From Octopus bimaculoides (Eukaryota): 64,000 bases of DNA. Within the stretch, counting starts at the first letter, position 1, and each line of letters begins with the position of its first letter. The stretch covers positions 107,045,532 through 107,109,531 of the forward strand of contig NC_068987.1 of NCBI RefSeq assembly GCF_001194135.2, in the 5' to 3' direction. The notes beneath the pieces were generated by a model. The model was not told where the DNA came from. It saw nothing but the letters and a program-made list of their open reading frames with translations, and made no database searches. Below, one piece after another: positions 63,860 to 64,000 of the stretch. The translations under genes were made by a program, and so were the position numbers.

Positions 63860-64000
63860 GGCGCAATGGCCCAGTGGTTAGGGCAGCGGACTCGCGGTCA
63901 TAGGATCGCGGTTTCGATTCCCGAACCGGGCGTTGTGAGTGTTTACGGAGCGAAAACACCTAAAGCTCCACGAGGCTCCGGCAGGGGATGGTGGCTACCC
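63860..64000 (+). mobile_element. SINE family A copy, running off the window end
   Basis: GGCGCAATGGCCCAGTGGTTAGGGCAGCGGACTCGCGGTCATAGGATCGCGGTTTCGATTCCC, with A-box TGGCCCAGTGG and a B-box-like motif, followed by the family A body. Confidence 0.9.

Noticed and set aside
744-63860. Most ORFs in the supplied track (YIYI, HTHT, CVCV, LSIY and poly-X proteins)
   Set aside because: They are translations of (TA)n, (CA)n, (GA)n and (GATA)n microsatellites or run through N gaps. They carry no coding signal.
63860-63935. tRNA genes at 63860, 27582, 31650-31722 and 34568
   Set aside because: They have A/B boxes but no closed acceptor stem, and each continues into a shared repeat body, so they are SINE heads.
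1-64000. CRISPR arrays, operons or other prokaryotic/viral systems
   Set aside because: There are no regularly spaced repeats with unique spacers and no gene-dense segment; the window is eukaryotic repeat-rich DNA throughout.

Overview
AT-rich, microsatellite-dense eukaryotic DNA with many N gaps. From recalled SINE families and the repeat landscape it is most likely a coleoid cephalopod (Octopus-like); this is recognition, not a database result. No complete host gene can be supported, and the window reads as intronic or intergenic DNA built from decayed mobile elements. These are: a nearly full-length Helitron Rep/Pif1 pseudogene (13.4-17.5 kb, minus); a full-length Tigger/pogo element with TA TSD (56.2-58.7 kb, minus); several mariner relics, including two copies of one internally inverted non-autonomous derivative; CR1-type and RTE-type LINE 3' fragments; at least four tRNA-headed SINE families; several MITE-like or fold-back inverted repeats; and two convergent 5S rRNA-derived copies. 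Three type I hammerhead-ribozyme-like motifs with palindromic stem III (the Penelope-like-element signature) occur at 203-318, 1055-1125 and 53330-53369; all are degenerate. One weak candidate coding exon lies at 46.36-46.69 kb. Nearly all long ORFs in the supplied track are artefacts of microsatellites and N runs. I cannot support a wholly new biological system here. The best leads are the hammerhead family, the rearranged mariner family and the 5S pair.
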